Counted from the first letter of the stretch, positions 51,131 through 61,144 are shown. The stretch is DNA of 64,000 nucleotides from Candidatus Poribacteria bacterium (GCA_965208675.1 OZ242351.1:1952001-2016000); one strand, 5' to 3'. The notes: generated by a model not told the origin, from the letters alone. A program made the numbers and translations.

Positions 51131-51265
51131 TATGGGTTCCTAAGATTGTGGATGACACCCCAAATTGTACCACAAAGTTTCCGATTCAACAATGGCTATT
51201 TTTTTCGCAGTACCAACGTACGGCGCGCAGGACGAATGCGGTACTGACAAACGATGAATTTTTAC

Positions 51266-51294
51266 TTGCATTCGGACTTTGCATTATGTATAAT
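51266..51294 (+). promoter_or_regulatory. Sigma70 promoter TTGCAT-17-TATAAT for tRNA-Asn
   Basis: Consensus -10 box, 17-bp spacing, 50 nt upstream of the tRNA. Confidence 0.65.
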
Positions 51295-51343
51295 TATGCC
51301 TTGTTTTCTGACGTTGCTCGGGGTTTCACCTGCGAGTCATTAT

Positions 51344-51419
51344 TCCCCTGTAGCTCAGCTGGTAGAGCGGGTGGCTGTTAACCACCTTGTCGGCGGTTCG
51401 AGTCCGTCCGGGGGAGCCA
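51344..51419 (+). tRNA. tRNA-Asn (GTT)
   Basis: 76 nt cloverleaf: acceptor TCCCCTG/CGGGGGA, anticodon loop CTGTTAA, TTCGAGT T-loop, encoded CCA. Confidence 0.97.
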
Positions 51420-51460
51420 ATTATATTTGCCGCCAATACGGCGGTCTACGCGTTTATACC

Positions 51461-51495
51461 AAGACCCTAGTGGGCAACCCCATTGGGGTTTTGTT
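51461..51495 (+). terminator. Probable intrinsic terminator after the tRNA
   Basis: gaccctagtggg/cccattggggtt stem followed by a T-rich tract. Confidence 0.55.
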
Positions 51496-51548
51496 GTATC
51501 TGCGGCTGGTTGATGGCGTTGTCGATTCCGCGCGTAGAGGAATAATCA

Positions 51549-51920
51549 ATGATTAAGGGTGTGCATACGATGTTCTACTCGTCGGAGCCGGAGACGTTGC
51601 GGGAGTTCATTCGCGACAAACTCGGCTTCGATTCCTATACGGATGTTGGCGGCGGTTGGCTTATTTTCAACCTGCCGGAAGCGGATATGGGGGTGCATGA
51701 CGCCGATCCGAGCGGAGCGCACGGTGCACCTGCCGGCACGCACGACATCTCCTTCTACTGCGACGACATCCGGACTACGGTGGCAGAGTTGGGAAACCGG
51801 GGCGTGGTCTTTGACGGCGACGTAGTTGACGCCGGATTCGGGCTGGTGGTGCACTTTGAGATGCCGGGCGGGGTGCGCGTGCAGCTCTACCAACCGCATT
51901 ACGAGAAGAATTCCGCCTGA
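51549..51920 (+). CDS. VOC/glyoxalase family protein
   Basis: GGGWLIF, HDISFYCDDI..TVAEL, VQLYQP. Confidence 0.88.
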   Translation: MIKGVHTMFYSSEPETLREFIRDKLGFDSYTDVGGGWLIFNLPEADMGVHDADPSGAHGAPAGTHDISFYCDDIRTTVAELGNRGVVFDGDVVDAGFGLVVHFEMPGGVRVQLYQPHYEKNSA

Positions 51921-52060
51921 AGCGTTGCGGACGATGATTTTGAATTGCAGTCCAAACTAAATTTCGACAGTTCGGCAAGGAGACGAAGGCGCATGTCCGA
52001 TGGCCTTTTCGCCGTCCGCTAATCCTTACCCATGCCACTAAGCACAAGGAGAATAGTGTT

Positions 52061-52498
52061 ATGCAAGATGTCAATTATTTGGCGGTGTTAGCCGCCGGAA
52101 TTTTTCCGATGATTGTCGGCGCGCTTTGGTATGGCCCGCTATTCGGTAAACGGTGGCTCGCGCTGATGGAAACCACAGCGGAGGAGATTCAAGAGGGATT
52201 CAACCCGTTGAAGACGTATGGTGGGAGCTTTCTGTTAGCACTGATTACCGCGTTTATCTTGGCGCAGTTATTTTCGGGTTTGGGAGACGCTGCTCGCGTC
52301 GTCTCAGTCGCCGGAAAGGGCGGGGACGCTGTCGGGGGTGTCTACTTGGCGCTTTTGGCACTTATCGCATTTATTCTCCCGGTCGGCTACCAGTCGCTCG
52401 CATTTGAAGGGCGTAAGGCGGGGTTGGTTTGGCTTAACTTAGGTTATAATGCGGTCGCGATTCTTGGGCAGGCGGTGATTATTGCGGTGTGGCGTTAG
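52061..52498 (+). CDS. DUF1761 family membrane protein
   Basis: VNYLAVLAA..GALWYGPLFGKRW, 4 TMs. Confidence 0.85.
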   Translation: MQDVNYLAVLAAGIFPMIVGALWYGPLFGKRWLALMETTAEEIQEGFNPLKTYGGSFLLALITAFILAQLFSGLGDAARVVSVAGKGGDAVGGVYLALLALIAFILPVGYQSLAFEGRKAGLVWLNLGYNAVAILGQAVIIAVWR

Positions 52499-52574
52499 GT
52501 TTGCCGCGGGAATGTCTGGACTGTGATTCGTGTGATTAAATGGTGGGGTGTGATTGGGGAGCACTTAACTTACT

Positions 52575-52777
52575 AGGGCGTGTTGACATTTGGCATCCCG
52601 TAGGTTGAATTGAACGGTTAAACGGCAGTCCCTATCAAGTACAAAGGAATCTTTTGTAACACAATCTGTTAGATTGTGATCCGAGCCCGCAAACTAACAG
52701 TTTGCGCTACTTATATCAGATTATCCAATGGTAACAACTCTTGCCGAATCAGTAGCCGCAAAATGTCAACAGAACCT
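52575..52777. mobile_element. IS5-like MITE (~200 bp) flanked by CTAG
   Basis: Ends CTAGGGCGTGTTGACATTT ... AAATGTCAACAGAACCTAG; no transposase. Confidence 0.7.
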
Positions 52778-52900
52778 AGCCAATCTTTGGGAAGGAAGGT
52801 TGGAAGACTGGAAGAAAAAATATAGCGCGGGTTGGTGGTCGGGAGGTTTTAATGCTGGAGACTGTAGGAAAACTATCGCCCTCCCTATTCGGTCGGTTGA

Positions 52901-53012
52901 TCGTTGGGTTTCGCTACACGCTATTAGCAATGAGAAATGTTCGCCGTCCGGAACGGTTAATGCTATCGGAACGGAATTGAATTTATCCGCTCTACCCAAC
53001 CTACAAAAACTA
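52901..53012. repeat. REP-like GTAGGTTGGGT.GAGC/GCGAAACCCAAC family (also about 40650-40760 and 61069-61110)
   Basis: Three similar intergenic copies. Confidence 0.65.
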
Positions 53013-53092
53013 GCGAGTATGTTTCGCGATTCGAAGATTGCTCCTACCGAACCTGCAAGAACTATTACGTTAACTTTAATTAGGAGGAATTG

Positions 53093-53527
53093 ATGGCTGT
53101 TAATGTATACATTAATTTTGAAGACAACTGCCGCGAGGCGTTTGAGTTTTACCGGTCTATTTTTGGCGGGGAGTTCGCATTTATCTCGACGTTCCGCGAA
53201 GGGCCGGAAGAGATGGAAGAGATGCAGATACCGGAGGAACACCTTGACCGCATCATGCACGTCTCTCTGCCGATTGGTGACAGTGTGCTCATGGGCAGTG
53301 ACACGACGTCCGCGTTCTGCGCGCCGCTGGTCGCCGGCAACAACTTCTCAATATCATTTGAGGCGGACAGCAGAGAACATGCGGACGAAGTCTTCGCCAA
53401 ACTGTCCGACGGCGGCTCGGTGATGTGGCCGATGGCGGACGCCTTCTGGGGCGCATACTTTGGCACGTGTACGGACAAATTCGGCATCAACTGGCAGGTG
53501 CTCGCCGAGAATCCACCGCATGAATGA
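53093..53527 (+). CDS. PhnB/YjdN-like VOC protein
   Basis: YINFEDNCREAFEFY, IMHVSL, FWGAYFGTCTDKFGINWQV. Confidence 0.92.
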   Translation: MAVNVYINFEDNCREAFEFYRSIFGGEFAFISTFREGPEEMEEMQIPEEHLDRIMHVSLPIGDSVLMGSDTTSAFCAPLVAGNNFSISFEADSREHADEVFAKLSDGGSVMWPMADAFWGAYFGTCTDKFGINWQVLAENPPHE

Positions 53528-53586
53528 GCGGGCACGCATCCATCGGCTCGAAATATTCACCAACTTTCATGGACGGCGAGACCGGC

Positions 53587-54051
53587 ATGTCGAAGATTGA
53601 TAACCCCGACATTGCACGCGTATTTGCGGGCTACCCGGCGGCTATGCGTGAAAAGATGCTACGCCTTCGGCAAATCGTCCTAGACACGGCATTGGAGAAC
53701 GAGGGTGTCGACGCGCTAGAGGAAACGCAGAAGTGGGGAGAACCCAGCTACCTCACCAAGGGCGGCAGCACAATCAGAATGGACTGGAAGGCGAGGGCGC
53801 CCGACCAATACGCGATGTATTTCAACTGTAACACGCCGTTAATCGCTACATTTGAGGAAGTTTACGGAGATGTGTTCACATTTGAAGGGAACAGAGCCAT
53901 TGTCTTCGGCGAGACCGACGAATTGCCGATTCCCGAATTGAAGCATTGTATCTCGCTCGCTCTGACGTATCATCGTGTGAAGCATCTACCGTTGCTGGGT
54001 GCTTCTCCGATACACACAGCGGAACATTTACGGAAAGAATCTCATGGATAA
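53587..54051 (+). CDS. DUF1801 family protein
   Basis: EETQKWGEPSY..GSTIRMDWK, FEGNRAI, ALTYH. Confidence 0.88.
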   Translation: MSKIDNPDIARVFAGYPAAMREKMLRLRQIVLDTALENEGVDALEETQKWGEPSYLTKGGSTIRMDWKARAPDQYAMYFNCNTPLIATFEEVYGDVFTFEGNRAIVFGETDELPIPELKHCISLALTYHRVKHLPLLGASPIHTAEHLRKESHG

Positions 54052-54652
54052 GATTGATTTCAAAAAGACGATGAAAACGCTATACCGCGCTACCAGTAAG
54101 GTGGAGCGCGTTAACCCGGGTATGGGGACTTTCATTGCTGTAGATGGGCGCGGGACGCCGGGCGGCGAAGCGTTCGAGAAGGCGATTCAGAACCTCTATC
54201 CGGTGGCTTACACCGTGAAATTCGCCCTGAAAAAGGCGGGAACGATCGACTTTGTTGTGCCGCCTCTTGAGGCGCTTTGGTACGACAATCCGGTCGACGT
54301 TCCTGACATGTCACAGTGGCGTTGGCGAACGATGATTCGTGTCCCGGAATGCGTGAGCAGCGAGAACTTGCAAGCGGCGCAGGATTCTATCTTGGACAAG
54401 AAGGGGACTGACACCTCCGATGTGCGGTTGGTAAAGTGGGAGGAGGGCGACAGCCTCCAGATCTTGCACATTGGACCGTACGATCAGGATTCCTTCGGAG
54501 CTATCTACGAAGAGCTTCATCGTAGTGCGGTCGCCGAAAACATGGCGCTGCAGGCGCCGGGGCATGAGATTTATCTCAGCGATCCACGCCGTACGGCGCC
54601 AGAAAAGCTCAAGACAATCGTGCGGTTGCCGATAGCGGGAGAGTCTCTGTAA
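54044..54652 (+). CDS. GyrI-like small-molecule-binding protein
   Basis: PPLEALWY, WRWRTMIRVP, HIGPYD, HEIYLSDPRRTAPEKLKTIVR. Confidence 0.9.
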   Translation: MDKIDFKKTMKTLYRATSKVERVNPGMGTFIAVDGRGTPGGEAFEKAIQNLYPVAYTVKFALKKAGTIDFVVPPLEALWYDNPVDVPDMSQWRWRTMIRVPECVSSENLQAAQDSILDKKGTDTSDVRLVKWEEGDSLQILHIGPYDQDSFGAIYEELHRSAVAENMALQAPGHEIYLSDPRRTAPEKLKTIVRLPIAGESL

Positions 54653-54711
54653 TTTTCTCCGTACTTCACGCCATTTACACACGTTCATTTTCAAGAGGTT
54701 GCGAGATAACT

Positions 54712-55314
54712 ATGTCTAGTGAAAGAATTATCGAACTCGAACAAAATATCGGCGAGCTAATTGCCGAGCTCAACACACTGCGCAAGAACAACCTAGGGAC
54801 ACCTGTGCGCAACTACTCCTTTGCCACGCTGACCGGTGAGGCCACGCTACTCGAACTGTTCGGCGAAAAGGACAAGCTGCTGGCGATTCACAACATGGGG
54901 CAGGGTTGCCGCTATTGTACGTTGTGGGCGGACGGATTTAACGGCTTGCTCCCGCATCTAGAGACTGCCATGTCGGTTGTGCTGCTATCGAAGGATTCGC
55001 CGGAAGTTCAGCGCCGGTTTGCAAACGCCCGCGGCTGGCGGTTTCGCACCGCGTCGCACGGCGGCGGGGCGTATATTCGTGAACAGTCGGTGTACACCGG
55101 CGACGACAATTTCCCGGGCGCCGTGGTCTACGAACGGAACGGCGACACTATACTGCGCAAGAATTCGTGCGTGTTTGGGCCTGGCGACCTTTATTGTTCG
55201 ATGTGGAGCCTGCTCGGACTAGCGGGACTGGACGACGAGGACTGGACGCCGCAATACACGTATTGGCAGCGTCCGTCCGAGTTAGATGACGGCGGCGCGA
55301 ACGTGCTAGACTGA
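54712..55314 (+). CDS. DUF899 thioredoxin-like protein
   Basis: HNMGQGCRYCTLWADG, FANARGWRF, FGPGDLYC. Confidence 0.88.
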   Translation: MSSERIIELEQNIGELIAELNTLRKNNLGTPVRNYSFATLTGEATLLELFGEKDKLLAIHNMGQGCRYCTLWADGFNGLLPHLETAMSVVLLSKDSPEVQRRFANARGWRFRTASHGGGAYIREQSVYTGDDNFPGAVVYERNGDTILRKNSCVFGPGDLYCSMWSLLGLAGLDDEDWTPQYTYWQRPSELDDGGANVLD

Positions 55315-55347
55315 AAGCGGCAAAGCGCCGCTGCGACGACAACCGAA

Positions 55348-56328
55348 ATGACGCAAGACCTATTGACGCAGGCCGCCGCGGCTGCGAGTGACGGCGACCT
55401 TGCGGCACTCAAAGATTTACTCACCTCCTCCCCTGCAGTTCTCACGGCAAGAGATTCAGACGGGCGCACTCTGCTCGATTTCGCCTGCCGTGCTGCGACG
55501 GAAGACATCGCCATACCGCTGAAACCGGGCACGCCCGAACAACATGCCGCCGTTGACCTAATCCTTGAAGCGGGCGCCGACCCGTCAGCCTGCGACAAAG
55601 ATAGCTGGACGCCGCTGCACACCGCGGCGATGGCGGGTCACGCAGACCTTGCCAAACGTCTCATCGCCGCGGGCGCATCCGTGAAGTTGGAAGCTCACGG
55701 CAAGGCAGGCGCCTCTCCGCTTTCCTACGCGCTGTTTTACGCGAAAGCCTACATGGGAGAGGTGCTGGCGCCGGTCTATCCCGACAATCTACGCACGGCT
55801 GCGGCACTGGGGAACGACCTAGACCGGTTCGTCGGCGGTACGGCGTTGACACCGGATGCCTATCGCGGGCTTGACTTTTACGCACCCGAATTTTTTCCAA
55901 CGTGGGACCGCACGCGGAGCCGGCAGGAGGTGTTGGACGAAGCACTGTCTTGGGCAGCGCGAAACGACCAGTGCGATTCTATGGCGGCGTTGGTAGCTTT
56001 AGGCGCGGATGTCAATGCGAACGCATTCCGGGGCACGCCGCTGCTGTGGGCGTGTTACAGCGACAGGGTCGAAGCGGCGGCTTGGTTGCTGGACCACGGC
56101 GCGGACCCGGATTTCCGGCACGATTGGGGCGGCGAAGGACACGGTGAGGATGCCGCCGCCATGCATCTTGCCGCGCAATACAACTGCGTCGGCTGCTTGA
56201 ACCTGCTGCTCGACCGCGGCGCCGACCCGAGCATCGTTGACGGCGCACACAAAAGCACGCCGAAGGAGTGGGCTGAATATCAGGGTTCAGCCGAAGCTGC
56301 GGCGATATTGAAACGGCGAACCGGATAA
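55348..56328 (+). CDS. Ankyrin repeat protein
   Basis: WTPLHTAAMAGH, GTPLLWA, LLDHGADP, AMHLAAQ. Confidence 0.9.
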   Translation: MTQDLLTQAAAAASDGDLAALKDLLTSSPAVLTARDSDGRTLLDFACRAATEDIAIPLKPGTPEQHAAVDLILEAGADPSACDKDSWTPLHTAAMAGHADLAKRLIAAGASVKLEAHGKAGASPLSYALFYAKAYMGEVLAPVYPDNLRTAAALGNDLDRFVGGTALTPDAYRGLDFYAPEFFPTWDRTRSRQEVLDEALSWAARNDQCDSMAALVALGADVNANAFRGTPLLWACYSDRVEAAAWLLDHGADPDFRHDWGGEGHGEDAAAMHLAAQYNCVGCLNLLLDRGADPSIVDGAHKSTPKEWAEYQGSAEAAAILKRRTG

Positions 56329-56382
56329 CGCGGCAGTTCGAAATTTGTAGAGTCCATTGCCCACGCAACGGCAGTGCGTGTG

Positions 56383-56412
56383 TTGACCTATTCACCGGAT
56401 TTATGGTATAAT
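56383..56412 (+). promoter_or_regulatory. Internal sigma70 promoter TTGACC-18-(TG)TATAAT
   Basis: Near-consensus with extended -10. Confidence 0.6.
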
Positions 56413-56456
56413 CCCGTGCTTCAGAAAATTTTGTGATTGTTTCGGCGGAGGAGACC

Positions 56457-56549
56457 ATGCCACTCAACAGGTATTTAAACTTCGCGGTCAACTGCCGCGA
56501 GGTGATTGAGTCGAGGATTTTCCCAAATGTCGGCAGAAATGAACCATAA
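56457..56549 (+). pseudogene. 5' remnant of a PhnB-like VOC gene (MPLNRYLNFAVNCREVIE...)
   Basis: GGAGGAG RBS; first ~17 codons match the N-terminus of 53093 (YINFEDNCRE); overlaps the start of the next gene. Confidence 0.6.
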
Positions 56550-57009
56550 AGCTAAGTTGCGCACGTGTCTGTGGTTTGACAATCAAGGTGAAGAGGCTGC
56601 GAATTTTTACGTATCGCTATTGCCGGACAGCCGCATTGAAAGGGTTTACCGGCCCGATTCGGATGGCCCTGCGCTCGTGGTTGAGTTCATACTTGCCGGT
56701 GCGCCTTACATGGTGTTAAACGGAGGGCCTCACTACGAACTTAACCCAGCGGTGTCAATCTCCGTATTGACAAAGGATCAGGAAGAAACCGACGAACTGT
56801 GGGCGGCGTTAACCGCAGACGGCGGAAGCCCCAGCCGTTGTGGATGGCTTATCGACAAATACGGATTGTCGTGGCAGATTATACCGGAGGCATTGCCGCG
56901 GCTACTGGGTTCCGACGATAAAGCAGCCGCGCAAAGAGCGCACGACGCCATGATGAAGATGGGTAAGATAGACATTGCTGCGCTTGAATCTGCTTTCGAC
57001 GGTAAATGA
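56527..57009 (+). CDS. VOC family protein (3-demethylubiquinone-9 3-methyltransferase-like/PhnB)
   Basis: TCLWFDNQGEEAANFY, LNGGP, CGWLIDKYGLSWQIIP, MMKMGKIDIA. Confidence 0.92.
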   Translation: MSAEMNHKAKLRTCLWFDNQGEEAANFYVSLLPDSRIERVYRPDSDGPALVVEFILAGAPYMVLNGGPHYELNPAVSISVLTKDQEETDELWAALTADGGSPSRCGWLIDKYGLSWQIIPEALPRLLGSDDKAAAQRAHDAMMKMGKIDIAALESAFDGK

Positions 57010-57233
57010 CGGATAACGCCGAAATGTTTGTATTAGCCGGATGCAGGAAAAACCTGCTGCTTTAGCCAATGTAAAAACATCGCTGTGCCAGAGTAAGACT
57101 GGATCCGAACGCATTTTCGCTCCGCACTATTCCACCTGGCTAATCGTCATTTGGGCTAAGTCGGGCTAATGTAATTGCCCGGTCTAATGACGCATATTGA
57201 GATGGACGCGAATAGAGGATTGGAGGAAGATTG

Positions 57234-57584
57234 ATGAGGGTCATGGTGCTGATCAAGGCAAATGAACAGTAGGAAGGGGGCGGCATGCCGTCGAAAGCGC
57301 AGATTGCCGCCATGGGAAAGTTTAACCAGGAGATAGTCCAGGCGGGAGTAATGTTGGGCGGCGACGGGTTGAAACCCTCATCAAAGGGCGTCCGCGTGGA
57401 TTGTACGGACGGCGGGCGGGTTGTTATTGAGGGGCCGTTTCCGGAAACGAAGGAGTTGATTTCCGGCTATTGGCTTTGGCAGGAAGAATCATTAGATGAG
57501 GCGATAGAGTGGATTCGGCGTTCTCCGTTCGAGGAAGGGACGGTTGAGTTGCGCCCGGTTTTCGAGCCGGAAGATTACCGGTAA
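57234..57584 (+). pseudogene. YciI family protein interrupted by in-frame TAG at 57270-57272
   Basis: MRVMVLIKANEQ*EGGGMPS...GLKPSSKG..GPFPETKELISGYW; RBS GGAGG before ATG 57234. Confidence 0.8.
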
Positions 57585-57632
57585 GCATTCGTGATTAAAC
57601 CGCGTTAGTTAGGAAGAGGGTGGAATAAAATA

Positions 57633-58067
57633 ATGACGGACGAGACAGGACTCAGCGGCGCGGCGATTATCCCGGGATTGCGTTATGCAGACGCGCCAGC
57701 CGCGATAGAGTGGTTGTGCGCAGCATTTGGCTTCGAGCGGCATCTTGTGGTGCCGGGTGAAAATGGCAAGATTGCGCATGCGCAGCTCACGTTTCGAAAC
57801 AGCATGATTATGCTGGGGTCGGGGCACGACGGGGATTACGATGCGCTGCTAATCCATCCGAAAGACGCCGGCGCTGTGACCCAGGCGCCGTATGTGATTG
57901 TCGATGATGTGGATGCGCACTGCGAACGCGCACGCGCCGCGGGCGCCGAGATTATTATGGAGCCGGCTGACCAGGATTACGGCGGACGCCTCTATAGCTG
58001 CCGAGATTTTGAGCGCCACGTATGGAATTTTGGTTCTTATGATCCGTGGGGGGAATTAGGCCACTAG
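57633..58067 (+). CDS. VOC/bleomycin-resistance family protein
   Basis: LRYADAPAAIEWLCAAFGF, HAQL, DQDYGGRLYSCRD..HVWNFGSYDP. Confidence 0.9.
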   Translation: MTDETGLSGAAIIPGLRYADAPAAIEWLCAAFGFERHLVVPGENGKIAHAQLTFRNSMIMLGSGHDGDYDALLIHPKDAGAVTQAPYVIVDDVDAHCERARAAGAEIIMEPADQDYGGRLYSCRDFERHVWNFGSYDPWGELGH

Positions 58068-58184
58068 AGAAAAACCTAGGCGCGGACGCAGTGACACTCG
58101 CCCTACCCGAGGTGTTCTTCTCGGAGTTGGGTAATGTAGACATAGTAGGATTGAAGCGATTGGGTACCCGAAGCGCCGCGTGAA

Positions 58185-58991
58185 TTGCCATCGCCTCATC
58201 AAGAGCGACAGCGCGGGAGCGTATTTGTGAAGAGCTTAAACTCAGAATCTACGCGAGCGGGTCGGTCCCGACTCTACTCGTCAACCGCACTCTGCCGGGC
58301 GTTGCGGGCGGGTTTGCGGAAAAAAGCCGACCCGGAAATAGCGCCCGGGATGCAGGCGTACATGAAATCGGAGATGCCCTATCTCGGCTTGCGGGCGCCC
58401 GCGTTGAAAGCGGTGTGCCGGCAGGTCTTCGCCGCACACCCGATCACAACCCGAAAGCGCTGGATCGACACGGTTCTTGCGGTCTGGCGCGGTGCGGAAC
58501 ACCGTGAAGAACGCTACGCCGCCATCAATCTCGCGGATTACGACGCCTACGACGATTTCCAAACGCTTGAGGCGCTTCCCTGTTACGAAGAGATGATTGT
58601 GGACGGTGCGTGGTGGGACTATATTGACGCTGTCGCGCCGCGGCTGGTCGGCGGACTGCTCATGCGGTACCCTGACGAGATGAGAGGGGTGATGCTGGAG
58701 TGGGCGCACTCGCCCGACATCTGGAAACGCCGCTCGTCCATCATTTGCCAACTGAAATTCAAGGACAACACAGATTTTGATTTAATCCAAGCGTGTATCG
58801 AGCCGTCGATTGACCACCGCGAATTTTTCTTGCGCAAAGCGATTGCTTGGGCGCTGCGCGAATACGCCAAGACCGAGCCGGACGCCGTGATCGCATATAT
58901 CAGGGAGAACGCGGATCGGTTGAGCCCATTCAGCAAGAAGCAAGCGGTACGCCTGCTCATCCGGTCGGGCCGCATTGACGTCGTACCCTAA
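58185..58991 (+). CDS. AlkD-like DNA alkylation repair protein
   Basis: MQAYMKSEMPYLG, REERYAA, WWDYID, EFFLRKAIAWALREYAK; true start probably further downstream. Confidence 0.88.
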   Translation: MPSPHQERQRGSVFVKSLNSESTRAGRSRLYSSTALCRALRAGLRKKADPEIAPGMQAYMKSEMPYLGLRAPALKAVCRQVFAAHPITTRKRWIDTVLAVWRGAEHREERYAAINLADYDAYDDFQTLEALPCYEEMIVDGAWWDYIDAVAPRLVGGLLMRYPDEMRGVMLEWAHSPDIWKRRSSIICQLKFKDNTDFDLIQACIEPSIDHREFFLRKAIAWALREYAKTEPDAVIAYIRENADRLSPFSKKQAVRLLIRSGRIDVVP

Positions 58992-59100
58992 CGGGCTATC
59001 GGGATTCGGGCGAGAAGGACGTATGATTTGCTGTATCATTATTGGAGCTACGATACTCTTTTGATCGTGATGCCGAATTATTGAAAAAGGGAATACCAAT

Positions 59101-59544
59101 ATGACAAGATTTCATTTTTCAGTCGCGATTTCCGCGCCGCGATCGACCGTTTGGGACGTGCTGGTGGACGATGAGACGTTCAGGCAGTGGAACAGCGTTT
59201 TTTGCGAGGGTTCGTATTTTGAAGGTGACTGGAGCGCGGGCAGCACTATTCGCTTCCTCACGCCAGAAAAGAGAGGGTTGGTGGGGGAAATCGCGGAAAA
59301 TCGTAAGCACGAGTATTTGTCAATCGAGCACCGAGGGTGTATTATTGACGGCGTTGACAATTTCGAAAGCGACGACGCGAAGGCTTGGTCTCAAGCTTAT
59401 GAAAATTACACACTCACGGCAATTGATGGGGGCACCGAATTAACGCTCGATGCCGAAGTTCCATCGGCGTATAAGGCTTACTTGGAAGACGTATGGCCCA
59501 AGGCGCTGGCGGCAGTTAAGAAACTCGCTGAAACAATTAGGTGA
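59101..59544 (+). CDS. SRPBCC/AHSA1 domain protein
   Basis: ISAPRSTVW..W..F.EGSYFEGDW..GSTIRFL, WPKAL. Confidence 0.88.
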   Translation: MTRFHFSVAISAPRSTVWDVLVDDETFRQWNSVFCEGSYFEGDWSAGSTIRFLTPEKRGLVGEIAENRKHEYLSIEHRGCIIDGVDNFESDDAKAWSQAYENYTLTAIDGGTELTLDAEVPSAYKAYLEDVWPKALAAVKKLAETIR

Positions 59545-59566
59545 CAGTGTGAGCAGCGAATCGCAA

Positions 59567-60016
59567 ATGAAAAAAACTTGGCATTCAATCAGAATTTCAG
59601 CGCCGCGGGCCGCCGTGTGGCGAGTTCTTCTTGAGGAGGCGACGTATAAAGAGTGGACGGCAGTATTTGCTGGAGGTTCATATTTTGAAGGCAACTGGAG
59701 CGAAGGCAGTACCATCCGATTCCTCACCCCAGAAAAGGACGGCATGGTCGGGGTGATTGCGGAAAACCGGGAGCACGAATTTGTGTCGATAAAGCACCTC
59801 GGCTATGTACACAAAGGTGTTGATGATACGGAAAGCGACGCGGTAAAGGCTTGGGCGCCCGCCTATGAAAATTACACGCTGAATGAGGTTGGCGGCGGTA
59901 CCGAGTTAGTGGTTGAAATGGAAATAACTTCGGCGGAGGAGGGCTATTTCGACGGTGTGATGCCCAAGGCGCTGAACATTATTAAAAAATTAGCTGAAAC
60001 ATCGGAGGAATCATGA
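59567..60016 (+). CDS. SRPBCC/AHSA1 domain protein (tandem paralog)
   Basis: Strong similarity to 59101-59544 (GSYFEG.WS.GSTIRFLTPEK, AYENYTL). Confidence 0.88.
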   Translation: MKKTWHSIRISAPRAAVWRVLLEEATYKEWTAVFAGGSYFEGNWSEGSTIRFLTPEKDGMVGVIAENREHEFVSIKHLGYVHKGVDDTESDAVKAWAPAYENYTLNEVGGGTELVVEMEITSAEEGYFDGVMPKALNIIKKLAETSEES

Positions 60017-60411
60017 TTAGGAATACGTTTATTAACCTGCCGGTTAAAGATCTCAATGAAACTCGGGAGTTTTTCTCGCAGGTGGGGTTTGATTTTGATG
60101 ACGACTTTAGCGGCGAGGAATGCGTGTGCATGATCATCGCAGACGGGAGTTTTGCGATGCTGGTGGTTGAGTCGTTTTTCCAACAGTTTACCAAGAAAGA
60201 GATTGCCGACGCATCGAAGACAACAGAGGTGGTCACAGCGCTTTCTGCCGACAGCCGGGACGAGGTTGACGAGATGATGAGCAGGGCACTCAACGCGGGC
60301 GGCGCGGAACCGATACCGGTCGTGAACCAAGGCTGGATGTATTGCAGGACGTTCGAAGACCCGAATGGACACATTTGGGAAGTGTTCCACATGAGCCAAG
60401 GTGACGAGTAA
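60013..60411 (+). CDS. VOC family protein
   Basis: FINLPVKDL, SRDEVDEM, MYCRTFEDPNGHIWEV. Confidence 0.9.
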   Translation: MIRNTFINLPVKDLNETREFFSQVGFDFDDDFSGEECVCMIIADGSFAMLVVESFFQQFTKKEIADASKTTEVVTALSADSRDEVDEMMSRALNAGGAEPIPVVNQGWMYCRTFEDPNGHIWEVFHMSQGDE

Positions 60412-60517
60412 GTCACGGATATCAACACACATACCGCGCGGGGCTGAGAACAACGTCCGGTTCACGGCAACGATTTAGCGCCGTAAACTCCGCCCCGCGC
60501 CGAAAGGAAAAAATAAC

Positions 60518-60895
60518 ATGACTCAACACTACAACCCCGTCGGCTGGTTCGAGATTCCCGTGATAGATTTGGACAGAGCAAAACAATTCTACGAAGCCGT
60601 GATGGATGTGGAGCTTACGCTCATGACACTGGGAGCCGCGGAGATGGCGTGGTTTCCCGTTGTCGAAGACGCCATTGGCGCGGCCGGTACGCTTATTAAA
60701 GCGGAGGGTTGCACGCCATCGCACCACGGCACGTTGATTTACTTTACAGCGCCCGACATTGAGGGAACATTGGAGAGAGTCAACGCCAACGGCGGCAATA
60801 CGCTGCTGCCCATGACCAGCATCGGCGAATACGGTTTTATTGCACACTTCGAGGATACCGAAGGGAATCGGCTGGCGTTGCATTCTAGAGAGTAA
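60518..60895 (+). CDS. VOC family protein
   Basis: WFEIPVIDLDRAKQFYE, FEDTEGNRLALHS. Confidence 0.9.
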   Translation: MTQHYNPVGWFEIPVIDLDRAKQFYEAVMDVELTLMTLGAAEMAWFPVVEDAIGAAGTLIKAEGCTPSHHGTLIYFTAPDIEGTLERVNANGGNTLLPMTSIGEYGFIAHFEDTEGNRLALHSRE

Positions 60896-61144
60896 CGTGC
60901 GGTAGGTTGCGATTAGGCGAGGGATTAGTGAGGGCAACAGAAGTCTTTTAGATTCATCTTCAATCATCAATTCGTAGGTAACATTGTTTCAAGCCCTGGA
61001 AGGGCGATAGGTATATAGAAATGCGAAGGCACTACACATTAAAGCCCCAGCGGGGCGGCAGGTATATCGTAGTTTTTGTAGGTTGGGTTGAGCCCACTGC
61101 GAAACCCAACTCGCATACTTTGAGTCGCATTTAACGAGGGAAGG

